A stretch of 64,000 nucleotides of DNA from Octopus sinensis (Eukaryota): contig NC_043018.1 of the NCBI RefSeq assembly GCF_006345805.1, positions 2,976,001 through 3,040,000 on the forward strand, read 5' to 3'. The notes under the pieces were generated by a model, which ran no database searches, was not told where the DNA came from, and worked only from the letters and a program-made list of their open reading frames with translations. Shown here piece after piece: positions 23,163-37,650 of this stretch (positions are counted from its first letter, which is position 1; every line of letters starts with the position of its first letter). A program made the position numbers and the translations under genes.

Positions 23163-24473
23163 ATTTCAATTATCCGCACCAACGCACGGTTGCAACACCA
23201 TATGGTTGTACCTCCAACCGTGCTGTTTACTGCTGTGATTTTTGCTACTAAGGTATCGGTTAAACTGTTGATTAATCTACTACAAGATTATTCATCTTTC
23301 TATTTCACATAATATATATATATATATATACAGTCAGTCTGAAAAGGGAGAAAATACAGAAATTCATAACGTAATGTATAATTATATCCATTCGTCTGAA
23401 GCCGTATGCGGTTTCATACGCTATAACTTTAGAGGCTCTTTCAGACGGCTGCTTGGAGCGTAATGAATCCATAGCAAAATATATCACACACATGCCCGCA
23501 CTCCAGCACACACTAACGCATTCATATATATATATGTGTGTGTGTGTGTGTGTCTGTGTGTGTCTGTGTGTGTGTGTGTCTCTGTGTGTGTGTGTGTGTC
23601 TGTCTGTTTATATATATATATATATATATATATTACACGTGTAAAAGTGTGTGTGTGTGTACGTACTCAAATGTGGGCATCTATGTGTATGCCAACTGCC
23701 TGATATTTTATTTTCTCTGTATCATTCGAATAACATATCTACCATTTCCTAGTAATACAATTATATACAAATGAGTTTTTCTTTTCCTTCCATTTTTTGT
23801 GAAATTATGTCCACTTACTGCCATCTCGTGTATTCCACTTCAATGAACGATGGTTCAAATCTACATAGATTTTAATTACCTATTCTACACATATGTGTCC
23901 TATTCTACAAACATGTGTCCTTCTTTATAGTGGTGTATATGTATATATATATACATATGCATACACACACGCACTTTTCACTATAATTATACCTCGTCAG
24001 CACCTGTTCTTCTTTTCTGTATTAATCTTCAATTTATGACAGTTAAACCTAATTTTATTCAGAGTTTAAGAGAGTATTCTATATTGTTCTTTCCGTTTTC
24101 ATCTGTAGTTCAGATAATTAAAAATTAGCGAATTTCAGTCAAAGTTAACCCGTTTAATACGTGCAAAGGAAAAAATAACACATGGAAATGGGATGAGATA
24201 TACCTCCGATTTTTCTGCATCAATTAAATGCTTTTACCGGTATGGTCTGAAATTTTGCAAACAATACCTAGCTGTATACAAACTCACCATGACTTTAGCA
24301 CGTACGTTACTTCACCATACAGCCTCGTCCATCATTATCGAATATCAGGCAAAATTTCAGGAGCAGGCATTGGTGTGTGTTGCAAATATTGCTTCCCGAC
24401 CACACGTTTTCTGGTTCAATCGTGACCGAAAGATTTTAAGACCATTTGGCAGACAGAAACTGAAAGGAGCCTG

Positions 24474-24518
<45 letters not shown>

Positions 24519-24519
24519 G

Positions 24520-24690
24520 GACTAAACACATAAATGTGAAACAAGGTGGAAAAAAGAGAACTCAAATACCAGTGGTAGAGTAATATGCTTTATTTAAAGC
24601 ATCAGAAAATTCAACAAAACCTGTTACTCTGAGTTTCACGTTCCCGTTCGTCTGATAGTCTTTGCATTTTCTGCTGCTTTAAATAAAGTA
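24520..24690 (-). mobile_element. Short repeat with hammerhead-like fold inside a long hairpin
   Basis: Minus strand CTAT-CAGACGA-ACG GGAA CGT-GAAA-CTC A GAG-TA-ACAG, within 23-bp inverted arms spanning 24588-24688. Confidence 0.6.
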
Positions 24691-24699
24691 TAAACCTTC

Positions 24700-24878
<179 letters not shown>

Positions 24879-24922
24879 CATATGTATGTATATATGTATA
24901 TCTATCTATCTATCTGTCTATC

Positions 24923-24976
<54 letters not shown>

Positions 24977-25653
24977 TATATAGTAAATCCAAATAAATAG
25001 GACCCCCCCCCCAAAAAAAATACTGCGCGCAGAGGTGGAACATGTAAAGTATTAGCAGATGCTCAAGGAAGGAAAGAAAGTTGGTTTAACGTTTCGTGCA
25101 CCACTCCTTTTCAGAAACAGAAGAAAGTCCAATCCAAAGGAAGCCGGAGGAAGAAAATCGCGAACAATTCATATTCGGTTACATTTTGAAATGACCGGAA
25201 GTGGATGGGGGAAGAAAAATTTCTTTCTAAGACAGGAGAATGTGATAGAAGGAGGTATGTGAATGTATGTGCGGGTATGTGCGTGAGCGCAAATCTGTTT
25301 GCGTGTATAATTGCACGTGTGTGTACGTATGTGTGCTTGTATGTGTTGTGTCTGTGTGGTGTGTGTGTGTGGCTTTGGCTTTGGCTTTTTATATGTGTAT
25401 GTGTGAGTGAATTTTGTGTCGCTTAATGTTGTAGGAAGAATTCCGTTGCGTGGTAGCAGGAGTGGCGGTTTTTTGTGTGGTTCTGTGTCTCTGCAAATGT
25501 GCGTAGAGGAATGGTCAGTAAAAAGGTATTTCACTGGCAGTTCAAAGTATGTCTGTGCATGTGTATGTATATGTTGTCTGTGTGTGTCTGAGGTATGTGT
25601 GCGTTCAAGCGCGTGTGAGTGTGTGTGGGTATGTGTGTATCTATATGTATGTA

Positions 25654-25714
<61 letters not shown>

Positions 25715-25715
25715 T

Positions 25716-25746
<31 letters not shown>

Positions 25747-25764
25747 TTTTATATATATATAATA

Positions 25765-25809
<45 letters not shown>

Positions 25810-26030
25810 CGGGAAGCTTTATGAAAATAGACAAAAGACGAAGGCAGGTTTACGGAAATAAACAAAAGACGAAGGCAGGTGGAATACAAACAAACAATTG
25901 TATTAGTATGGCGCTCAGGGATATAAATAAAACAAGTCTTTAACGTTTCGAGCCTACGCTCTTCAACAGAAAGATACACAGAGAAGAAACACAGAAAGAA
26001 GGAGAGAAAAAATGCGTGCAGAGGCTAGCG
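25810..26030 (-). mobile_element. Short hammerhead-like repeat (family H1, copy 1)
   Basis: TCTTT-CTGTTGA-A-GAGC GTAG GCTC-GAAA-CGTT-AAAGA, then CCTGAGCG..TACTAATACA shared with 48105-48262 and 49283-49440. Confidence 0.7.
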
Positions 26031-26277
26031 AATCAACATGGCGATCTGATTTCGGCCAGAAGTCAAAGATCAAACGTGAGACGCAAGAGCGAAATTAGGG
26101 GAGATAATAGGGTTAAATGACCTCGCCCCAACATAAGAGTGTGTGTGTGTGTATATGAGAGAGTATTAGTGCGTATGAGAGGTCTGGACGTGTGTATGTA
26201 TATATGACGTGATGTGTAAAGTCGTATTGTGTAGTGTAGAGAGTAGAGATGAGGGAAGAGGGGGGATGTAAGGGGGA

Positions 26278-26317
<40 letters not shown>

Positions 26318-27218
26318 AGACAAGAGTGTATGTGTATATCTATTTGTGAATGAGTACCACGCTTAAAAACATGTAAAGTATTGTGTTCGATTGGTCGGAC
26401 TAAATCCCTTCGAGACGCTGCACTAAAATGGCCGCAGTCCAGTGATTGAAACAACGAAAAGACAAATAATAAATTGATGGGGACAGCGTCTTTCTTTGAA
26501 CAGTTTCATTCTATTCAGATTATATCTTATACATTTTCTTTATCAATGCAGACATTTTTGGTAATGCCAGTCTTCCAGCTATTTAATGCACTAAGGTCGA
26601 TGGTGACTTGTATTTTTTTGGATAAAATAAAGTATTTTGTATTCAGTAAAAACCTCATGGCAGCTTTTCGTGTACAGTTTAGTATTCTCTGTTGCATTTA
26701 TGACAACTATGCAGTGTCATTCATGATTTGAATAAATCTATAACGTTGATTCATGGAGTGAATTTTAAAACCGAATTGAATCTAAGGTGAGGATTGAAAC
26801 ATTATTATTTTATTCTATATTGTTTTCTTGTACCCCAAACTTCCGTGGGTGTAATTTTCTATATTTTATATTATACTACTAAAGTTTTATTTCGAATTTA
26901 GAATTTTAAACGTTGTTCGTGACCAAATCAGTGTTGATAAAATGTAAGCAGAAGGAAATGTTCTCTGGTATTTAACTAATTTTAGTCTGAGATATTCATT
27001 CAAAGTGTTGTTTTACTAACCCAATGCACAGTTTTGTTATTCTGCCAATTTGTCAGGTAATATAAACGATCAACAGAGATGTGTTTATAATAAAAGAAAA
27101 TAAGGAACAACAATATATGTGCTTTCAATTCTTGATACTTAATCAATATTAACCTTTCTTTCTCATTGTCTTAGTAATCTCATTTTAATATTTGCATGGT
27201 ACCCTTTGTGTTAACCAC

Positions 27219-27536
27219 TGGCGTGTATGGGCATGTACCGTAGCGGTCGGGGTATTCGGCCAACTGATGTTCGACTCTCGGCGGTGCGTTGTGATCGCGA
27301 GCAAAACGCTTTATTTCATGTTGCTCCAGTTCACTCAGCTGGCAAAAATGAGTGGTACCTGTCATTCAAAGGGGCCAGCCTTGTCACATTCAGTGTCACG
27401 CTGAGTGACCTTGCGAATTACGTAAAGGGCACGCGCGTCTGTGGAGTACTGAGCCATATGCATGTTAATTTCACGAGCCAGCTGCTCCGTTGATTGGATC
27501 GACTGGATCCCTCGTCGTCGAAACCGACGGAGAGCC
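27219..27536 (+). mobile_element. SINE family B (head B + tail 1)
   Basis: Matches the reverse complement of 30877-31201. Confidence 0.85.
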
Positions 27537-27565
27537 AGTTGAACATTGCATACACATATACTTAT

Positions 27566-27847
27566 TCTTTTACTCTTTTACTTGTTTCAGTCATGTGACT
27601 GTGACCATGCTAGAGCACCGCCTTAGTCGAGCAAATCTCCCCCAGGACTTATTCTTTGTAAGCCTAGCACTTATTCTATGGGTCGCTTTTGCGGAACCGC
27701 TAAGTTGCGAGGACGTAAACACACCAGCATCGGTTTTCAAGCGATGTAGGGGGGAAAACACAGACACACAACCATATACACACATACATACATACATACA
27801 TACATACATACATACATACATACATACATACATACATACATACATAC

Positions 27848-27911
<64 letters not shown>

Positions 27912-28065
27912 GACGAGCTTCTTTCAGATTCCGTCTACAAAGGCTCACGCACAAGGTTTTGGTCGGCCCGAGGCTATAGTAGAAGACACTTGCCCAAGGT
28001 GCCAAGCAGTGGGACTGAACCTCGAACCATGTGGTTCGTAAGCAAGCTCCTTACCACACGGCCAC
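27566..28065 (-). mobile_element. SINE family C with internal (CATA)n/(TA)n
   Basis: Head GTGGCCGTGTGGTAAG..GGTTCAGTCCC; tail ending GACTGAAACAAGTAAAAGA. Confidence 0.9.
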
Positions 28066-28365
28066 GAGTGTGTGTGTGTGCCTCTGTGTGTGTGTGTGTG
28101 CGTGAGTGTGTCTGTGTGTGCGTGTATGTGTGTGTCTGTGTGTAATCTGATGTACTTCATAGCCAGCTCTTCTGGGCATTCATTATGTGATATAAAGACA
28201 ATATGAAGTCTCATAAATATCAAACGCCGAAATAATTTAAAGTTTTGCAGTGACCGACTTACAACACGGCAGACGCATCTGTCCACGTAAATCCACGACA
28301 TTTATACAAAACTTCTAATTATGTGACGTCTTTACTTTACGACTCTGTACAAATATATATGTATA

Positions 28366-28789
28366 GGCGCAGGAGTGGCTGTGTGGTAAGTAGCATGCTT
28401 ACCAACCATATGGTTCCGGGTTCAGTCCAACTGCGTGGCACCTTGGGCAAGTGTCTTCTACTATAGCCTCGAGCCGACCAAAGCCTTGTGAGTGGATTTC
28501 GTAGACGGAAACTGAAAGAAACCCGTCGTATATATGTATATATATATATATGCGTGTGTGCGTGTATGTTTGTGTGTCTGTGTTTGTCCCCCTAGCATTG
28601 CTTGACAACCGATGCTGGTGTGTTTATGTCCCCGTCACTTAGCGGTTCGGCAAAAAGAGACCGATAGAATAAATACTGGGCTTACAAAGAATAGGTCCCG
28701 GGGTCGAGTTGCTCGACTAAAAAGGCGGTGCTCCAGCATGGCCGCAGTCAAATGACTGAAACAAGTAAAAGAGTAAAGAGTAAAAGAGT
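28366..28789 (+). mobile_element. SINE family C, full length
   Basis: GGCGCAGGAGTGGCTGTGTGGTAAG head; internal microsatellite; (GAGTAAAA)n tail. Confidence 0.92.
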
Positions 28790-29471
28790 ATATGCGTATG
28801 AAATGTGTTCATGTATATATTCATATATCTCTATTCGTTTAGACACACTCACCTGCATACACCTAAATAGAAAGATGGACAGGTGTTTGAAAATAACTAT
28901 ATATGTGTGAGTGTGTGCGTTTATGCGCTTGTATGTGTTTGTGTGCACGTGAATTTTACGTATTTTCGTTGAGATTCTTGCAGCTGTTAGGAAAAATATA
29001 ATCCCCAAATATATTATCAACGACTTCATACTTTAGAAGAATATTCGAGTAATTGTAAAAGCAATATTCACAGTGCATTGGAGAACTAAAATAGACACAG
29101 AATCACGTCACCTAAAGACAAGACAAGACAAGCAAATGTAAACATCTGGCGGATAACTTATAAATCTAATAGCAAAAACACAAATTCGGACCGAATTGAC
29201 TATGCACGATTCACAAAGAACTTGGCCATGGCAACGTGGAAACAAGAAATGATAACTACGATTTATGCAGATGATGGTCATATGAATTTGTTCTAACTTT
29301 GATTATGTATTTGGTAACGATAGAATTTTAGATTTCGAAGCGAAGCTGCAAGGAGATCACGAGAAAATATTCCAAATCATTGAGGACACGGAAATAGAAC
29401 ATAAGGAGAAAGTTTTCTTTTCAAAGCATATCGAGATGTAAAGGAGTTTTTCCTATATACAATCAACATCC

Positions 29472-30162
29472 ACATACATACATACATACATACAAACATA
29501 CATACATACATAATACATACAAACATACATACATACATACAAACATACATACATACATACATACATACATGCATACATACATACATACAAACATGCATGC
29601 ACACATACATGCATACATACATGCATGCATACATGCATACATGCATACTTATAGACAGACATACATACATACATACATGCATACATAATACATACATACA
29701 TACATACATACATACATACATACATACATACATACATACATACATGCATACATACATACATACATACATACATACATACATACATACATACATACACACA
29801 TGCATACATACATACATACATACATACATACATACACACATGCATACATACATACATACATACATACATGCATACATAATACATACATACATACATACAT
29901 GCATACATACATACATACATACATACATACATCATACATACATACACACATGCATACATATATACATACATACATACATGCATACATACATACATACATA
30001 CATGCATACATACATACATACACATACATACATATACATACATACATACATACATACATACATGCATACATACATACATACATACATGCATACATACATG
30101 CATACATACAAGCATGTATGCACACATACATACATACATACATGCATGCATACATGCATACA

Positions 30163-30194
<32 letters not shown>

Positions 30195-30635
30195 CATACA
30201 ATATACATACATGCATACAACATACATACATATATACATACATACATACATGCAAACATACAACATACAAGCATACATATATATACATACATACAATATA
30301 CGTACATGCATACAACATACATGCATACATACATACACACATGCATACATACATATATACATACATACATACATACATACATTCATACATACACACACAT
30401 ACATACATATATACATACATATATACATGCATACATACATACATGCATACATACATACATTCATAAACACATACACATACATACATACATACATACACAC
30501 ACATACATATATACGTACATACATACATACACACACATACATGTATGCATGCATACATACATACATACATACATACACACATACATACATACATACATAC
30601 ATACATACATACATACATACATGCATACATACATA
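29472..30635. repeat. ~1.16-kb degenerate (CATA)n array
   Basis: Directly visible; the 200-390 aa MYVC/HTYI ORFs are artefacts. Confidence 0.97.
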
Positions 30636-30876
30636 TAGGAGGGAATGCTGAAAAGTTACTGGCTGCAGGTGTATCACGTGGTCCAAACAGCAGAGTTCTT
30701 TTGCAGTGTTTAGAAATAAATGAAGGACTGCAGCAATAAGCGTGTGAATGTGAGAGGGAATTATGTTGAAGAAAACTATAATTAATTGATTCTCCTGTAT
30801 TTTCTTATACACAAAACCAGGAACTTCCCACTATATGTATATATACATACATAATACATAATACATACATACATTA

Positions 30877-31201
30877 GGAGCACTCCGTCGGTTACGACGA
30901 CGAGGGTCCCAGCTGATACGATCAACGGAACAGCTTGCTCGTGGAATTAACGTGCAAGTAACTGAGAAATCCACAGACACGTGTACCCCAAACGTAGTTC
31001 TCAGGGAGATTCAGCGTGGCAGAGAGTGTGACAAGGCCGGCCCTTTGAAATACAGGTACAGCTCATTTTTGCCAGCTGAGTGGACTGGAGCAACGTGAAA
31101 TAAAGTGCCTTGCTCAAGGACACCAGGCATCGCCGGGAATCGAACTCACGACCTTACAATCGTCAGTCGAATGCCCTAACCACTAAGCCACGCGCCTTCA
31201 C
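30877..31201 (-). mobile_element. SINE family B, full length
   Basis: GTGAAGGCGCGTGGCTTAGTGGTTAGG head, GAGTTCGATTCCC B-box, tail 1. Confidence 0.92.
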
Positions 31202-31516
31202 ACACATACATACATACATACATACATACATACGTACATACATACATACATATATGTGTGTGTGTTTGTCTGCGTGTGTGAAACTAAAATGACGAGAAAA
31301 TAAGAAATTTTGTTGTGCACTTCATTAGCTTACAGCTGTTTCTGCTATAAAGTGCAATGCACTCATTGCTGAATATCTTGTCTACCATCCAAAACCTTCT
31401 TCGGAATTCCAAACGTGAATTCTAATTTTATTTGGGAAGTGGCTGCTCTGTACTCAACTGATGCTTTATTCTGAAGCGTATGTAACACCAACTTATTAGC
31501 GCGCGCACACACACAC

Positions 31517-31596
31517 AAGATGCCACGCAGTGGGACTGAACCCGGAACCATGTGGTTGGTTAGCAAGCTACTTACCACACAGCCACTCCTGCGCCT
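31517..31596 (-). mobile_element. SINE family C head fragment
   Basis: Reverse complement of the 28366 head. Confidence 0.85.
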
Positions 31597-33439
31597 ATAT
31601 ATATGTGTGTGTATATATATGTATGTATGTATCTATCTATCTATCTATATGTATGCATCTATGTGTTTGAAAATAGACTATGATTTTAGTCGCTGTATAT
31701 GTTGATATGTATCCGTATGCCTGCAAGCGAAATCATGTTTGCCTGCACACGCTAGCGCATAATCTTACATACACAGTTGTAGATGTTCTGTTGGCGTGTT
31801 TGTACGCACAACTAAAGGTAATTATGCGTATACTTGAGTGCGTATATAAATATTCGTCAATATAATGTGTATATTTATGCAGATAGCTAAAGGAACGTAT
31901 GTATATATTTGAACCCACCTATCCTGATGCAAATGCATAACCGCTGTATTCGAGTAAAGAGAAGCGGATGCATATGCATAGAGCCACGCTGAATATCTCT
32001 TAAGATATACACACATGTATGTATATGTATGTGCGTTTGAATCTAAGTACACACAAGCATAAATGCGCATGCGTGTTCGGCAGTTGGTTGGATCATGCGT
32101 ATATAAGAATACACAGTTATTTACAGAAATTAGAAATCGTTTATGCTCCCAAGCGCTCAGCTATCATCCATTCACCCAATGACACGCACGCTTCTTACCT
32201 TACACAAACACATCAGCTCCTTCATTTACTAATCAACAATTAGTTAATCGCATTCAAACAAACCCCAGTTATTTCCAATTAATTGAAAGTATTCACGATC
32301 ATGCTATTACCCTTTCCTTGTGTTTCAATACCATTGTCAATTATGCGTTTATCCTTATATCCATTTAACCATGAATCTATCCATCTGCTAAATCAATTCC
32401 AGTCAGCCACTCGACTCTCGTATACCCTTAATATGTGATTTTCAATTTCCTTATTTGGGTATACCCAATTCTCTACTGATTTCCTGAACAACACCATATC
32501 TCTAATCTCACCACTCCAACCACCACAACACTGAAGCAATCTCCCGCCCCCTCAGCAATTCAGACACGCACCAATGGATGATCAGATTGATATTGTTCTA
32601 CTCGGGTGAATATTAATGCGTATGACCATAAGTATATAGCCACTACCACCAAAATATCAACTAGAATTTCTCCACTGGCACGCACCATCATGCTTTCACC
32701 TTCAAACCTTACCTTTCGGCTTCATGTCCACACACACCAATAGCCACCTGTCCATTTTAATTAACAAATCAACAGATAGTTAATCGAACCTTTTCAGCCC
32801 ACAGTTTCAATTAATTTCAGTGTTCGCATTTGATCTTATAAATTATTTCGTTCCAATCCATTGTTATTCATACATAAACCTTATGCCCGCATAATCAGGA
32901 ATTTATTCAGCTAATAAACAATTTAGCACCAATCATATAACATCCTACAACCACTCAAACCATATCAACTTACTATCCTTCTACTTTTTTGAACTTCTTG
33001 CAGGAGGAGAAAGAAATTTTAATCGACACTCTTAATGTGCGAAAATAAAATCTGCTCAGCTACTGCTTCAACTCGCCGCCTACCATTCGTATAATAACCT
33101 TTCACTCTATCTTCCAGAACGAGACCCATTTATAAAAAAAAAAAACAAGAATTGAAAGTTGAAACTGATAAGCGAAAATAAACTGAAATTTTCTCTTCCA
33201 AAAATAAGTATTTCCTTGTGGGTATTAATACAGTGAGTTCTCTGGATGCGCGTAAAACGTTCCCCGAATATTTCTTCCTCTGATATTTCCAAGCAATCTA
33301 AAATTCCCGTAATCTTCGACACTTTTGTCCGATGAGCGGGCAGTTTATAAAACGGAAAGGCGAACCTCACACATCTATACGTATATGGACGACATCATAG
33401 AGAATGTAAATAATATCATTCTTGAATGTAAGGCTTTGG

Positions 33440-33640
33440 GCTGGCAGAATGATTAGCGCACCGGTTAAAATACTAAGCAGAATTTCGTCCGTCCCCACGT
33501 TCTTATTTCGAATTACTCTGAGATCGACTTTGCCTTTCATCCTGTTGGGGTCGATGAAATAAGTACCAATTCAGCACTGGGGTTAATGCAATCGACTTAC
33601 CCCACTCTGCCCCAGAAATTATTGGTTTTGTCCCAAAGAA
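33440..33640 (+). mobile_element. SINE family D, diverged copy
   Basis: GATCGACTTTGCCTTTCATCCTGTTGGGGTCGATGAAATAAGTACC. Confidence 0.75.
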
Positions 33641-35638
33641 ATATTATTCTCGAATATTTCCATTCATTGTATAATAGTATTATTAAAGGCTAAGATTGAA
33701 CACATGAACTATCACAGAATCTAAAATAAACGAAAGAACATTGTGTCAGATATTCCTCTGAAATATGGGATAAATATTATCACACTTTTGACCTGCACTT
33801 TGACCAAACTATAACACCACATTAATTCGAAACTAAATTTTATTGGAGTAAATATCATGCATTACTAAATGTAATGTTGTGTCGAGCTATTATAAATATC
33901 TTCAGCGCTTTCAGTATGTTTGTTCATCAGGAAATACCGATAGCAATAAGTGATATTATGAAGAATGAGACTATTGCATAGTGAATCTCGTGACCTTCTG
34001 TTATTTCTCGTAGAGCTCTGCCTAATTTATTTTAAAATCATTATATCGCTTCAACCCTGTTCTCTGGCAGGGCTAATATTTCACGAGGACCAGCAAAAAT
34101 ATAAGTTTAAAATCTGTCATTTTTGAGGCCATTAATTTCGTAACGTTTAATTTTGACTGTAACCCATCGTTTGGCATGGACTGTTCTAGATACAAATTAT
34201 TTATCTTGGAATTTTGCCCGAGAAGAAGCCATAAAATGTTGTTATTAAAAAGGAAAGAGCGAAATATTTAGGTCAGACATTTATATCACTAGTTCCACCT
34301 GTTCTGTTAAATTCAATATAATTAATAAAACTGCCATCATTTTGATGCCACAACAAGAGATGTGCACATACACAAACATAGAAGTACACACACACGTCTG
34401 TGTTTGTGTGTGTGTTTGTGAGCATATATATTATATATCTACATATTTACATACATAAATATATACATATACATAAACGTATGTATGTCCAGGTATATGT
34501 GTGTTCACAGAGACTGAAATGTAAATAGGTAAGTAAAAAACGAAATTTATACAATTAATTCGTTTAATGTTTGATTGATATAATAGGATATGAGGCAAAT
34601 AAATGTCACCATGTGCCATTAAAAGCATATAAAATCACAAAATATATTTTTGCTTATGAAAGACGGACATACAAACGTGGCATAACAATATGTACATATC
34701 TTACTAACAAACAAACATGTAGGCAGATATAACTAGTAAAGTGTTGACAACAACTCTCGAATGAATATTTTTGCTTGTTTGTTTATTTTGATTCAAACCA
34801 AATGTTTGCAATAAAACTATATAAGAGTGACACATTAACAGAAATAATAGTAAATTATAACGTTAATTGGATAAATTGATAGATAGACGAATTGATACCA
34901 CTCAGCAGAATTCAAAGTCAATTAAGTAAATAAAGTATTGCTTTCAACAGAAGAAATTTAGAGTTTATCAAGAGAAGTAAAACTGAATAGTGTTACTAGT
35001 ACAATTAGGAACATATTTCAAACTTTGGTTACATACCTACCTACCTACCTACCTACCGACATACATAAATACATACATACATACATACATACATACATAC
35101 ATACATACATACATACATACATGCATACATACATACATACATACATACATACATACATACATACATACATGCGTACATAGATAGATAGATGGATACATAC
35201 ATACATGCATGCATAGATAAATTCATATGCAACTTGTAATCTAAAAATCCCAGCGGGTGGTCCTCAGCTGCCAACGCTATAAGTATGTGTACTTTCATAC
35301 ACCATCAGTCCATATCAGAGGTCCTCTCAAGTTTATCTTAAGGTATTCAATAGTCTGTGTTCTAACAGAACATGCACGTTAAGATGGAGATAAAAATTGT
35401 CTTTTGGTATTAATACTGCTTCTCACGCAACTGATTATGATATACATACATACATATATATATGTATGTAGTGCGAAACGATTGTACCAAATTACCGGAG
35501 TCATTCTTGTTGCTTATTTTTGATTATAATCACCCCGCAAATTTTTATGGATAACACCATACAAAATTCTGGTGCATCCAAATTAAGTACCATATTCATT
35601 TGAATCTAAATTGTTGGTGAACTTATATATAGATATAT

Positions 35639-35704
<66 letters not shown>

Positions 35705-36464
35705 CTATACATTTATAAGTAATAGCAACATAAGCATTGTTGGTAATAAAATGCAATATTTATAGCTCCAACATAATCCGCGTTAGGCTGGAGATTATAT
35801 GAACTCAGAACGTCGTGACGAGCGAAATGCCGCTAAGCATTTCGTGCAGCGTGCTAACGGTTCTGCCAGCTCTTCGCCTTAATCCATAGTAATAATATTA
35901 ATAAGATATAATGAATCATGGATCACGCTGAAGCCTTGAAATAACAACAATTGCATTTAGCCAAGGCTTATGGAAGCTGCTAGGCAGCAGTGTCTTTATA
36001 TAGTGAGGTGTTTCCATTATTGTTATTGTCTCTGTTTAACCACGCTATCAAAAATCAGTCCAAAGAGGGCAACACTGATCACTGATCAAATTCTTTTAAT
36101 CCACTGCAATCCAGCCTATTCTATGTCTAGCACCAGCATTATCTAAGGTGACAATGCACATTAAGAAGATATGGGGAATTCCTATATGATTCGTCAGCTC
36201 TGCTACCAGTCTATAGAACATTTATAGTTTTGTATAATGGCTAATTTGTGCAGGCTTTCTAAAATGTATATCAAAAATAACCAACCTGTACTTAGGACTA
36301 CGTCATTCAGTGTTTCTTTCAAATTCGTGGAAACAAGATGGACGACATGGAATGAAAATAAGACACAAGGAAAAGGAAATACAGACTGTTGCTTCGTAAG
36401 TATGGCGTCTCCATTACATCAACAGATTAGTGCACAGAGAGGGTAATAGCAAACTGTGTAGAAG

Positions 36465-36525
<61 letters not shown>

Positions 36526-36625
36526 ATGTGTGTGTGTGTGTGTGGTTGTGTGTGTGTGTGTGTCTGTACACATACATATCTATATATACGCATACATACA
36601 TACACACACATACATGCATACACTG

Positions 36626-36990
36626 TTTCGGGTTCAGTCCCACTGCGTGGCTCTTTGGGCAAGTGTTGCCTGCTATAGCCTCGGGCGTTCAAACGCTTGT
36701 CAGTGGACTTGGTAGGCGGAAATTGAAAAAACCCCGTCGTATGTACCTATGTATATATATATAACACATACATACATATATATATATATGAATATGTATG
36801 TATGTGTTGGTGTTTATAGATATTCTATTATTCTTTTATTCATTTACTGCTTCAGTCATCTGACTGCGACCATGCTGGAGCACCACCTTTTAGTCGAAGA
36901 AATCGCCCCCTGGACTTTTTCTTTCTACATCTAGTACTTATTCTATCAGTGTCTTCAACCGAACCGTTAAGTTTGTGGAGGGGGAGAACC
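36626..36990. mobile_element. Two SINE C fragments in opposite orientation
   Basis: Plus-strand 5' half at 36626-36745; minus-strand 3' half at ~36831-36990. Confidence 0.75.
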
Positions 36991-36998
36991 ACAATCTC

Positions 36999-37053
<55 letters not shown>

Positions 37054-37380
37054 TATACATAGGTGAACCGCAATAGGGCGAGGGATCACTGTAGTTTTAT
37101 CGCGGTAGAGCAGGAGGATGTCCATGTTGTGTATAATGCTTTACGTTACGTAACTTATAACTTCTTCTACGACACAGAATCACATGGCACACCATCCATT
37201 AGCCAAACCCGAAACGAACGATATCACAAGGATTGTACTGACTTTGTTAAAATTAATTTTGAAGAACGTGAGAGACTCTGTATATAAGAAAGAAACCTTT
37301 AGTCTCATCTGTAGGTGTTTCTTTTCAGCAAACAAATCATTACAGTACGAAGGCTTTGACAGGAAACATTTGCAACAATA

Positions 37381-37650
37381 TAAACTTAGATAAACTTAGA
37401 TGTGTTTCGACCAATGATTGGTCCAGGCCATGTCTAACTTAATAGCACCACCTGATAGGATTATTTGAATCCTGTTTAAGTCAACTTTTGCTTATGGTCC
37501 ATTCAAGTAGTGAGTTTTTGTTGGGTGAGTTGTATCCAATTATGGGTGGATTATCTGGTATTCTTTGAAGGAATCTATCCAGACTCCGTTTAAAGTTGAT
37601 GGGATCCTGTTCCTCTTTGATCTCTTTCGGGACAATGTTAAATAGGGCAA
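37381..37650 (-). mobile_element. CR1-group LINE 3' fragment
   Basis: ALFNIVPKEIKEEQDPINFKRSLDRFLQRIPDNPPIIGYNSPNKNSLLEW..* resembles CR1/L2-group C-termini; 3' UTR hairpin GACCAAT/ATTGGTC; short tandem (TCTAAGTTTA)2 tail. Confidence 0.65.

Noticed and set aside
23385-23450. Minus-strand CGTCTGAAAGAGCC..GAAACCGCATACGG as a hammerhead
   Set aside because: Stem II has no partner strand and the cleavage triplet is absent.
29377-30812. Long ORFs up to 387 aa (MYVC/HTYI repeats)
   Set aside because: They are translations of a (CATA)n array; the repeat has few stop codons in several frames.
33107-33370. ORF starting MRFAFPFYKL, resembling the PLE FPFY motif
   Set aside because: No GIY/YIG or downstream E..FI..LN motif.
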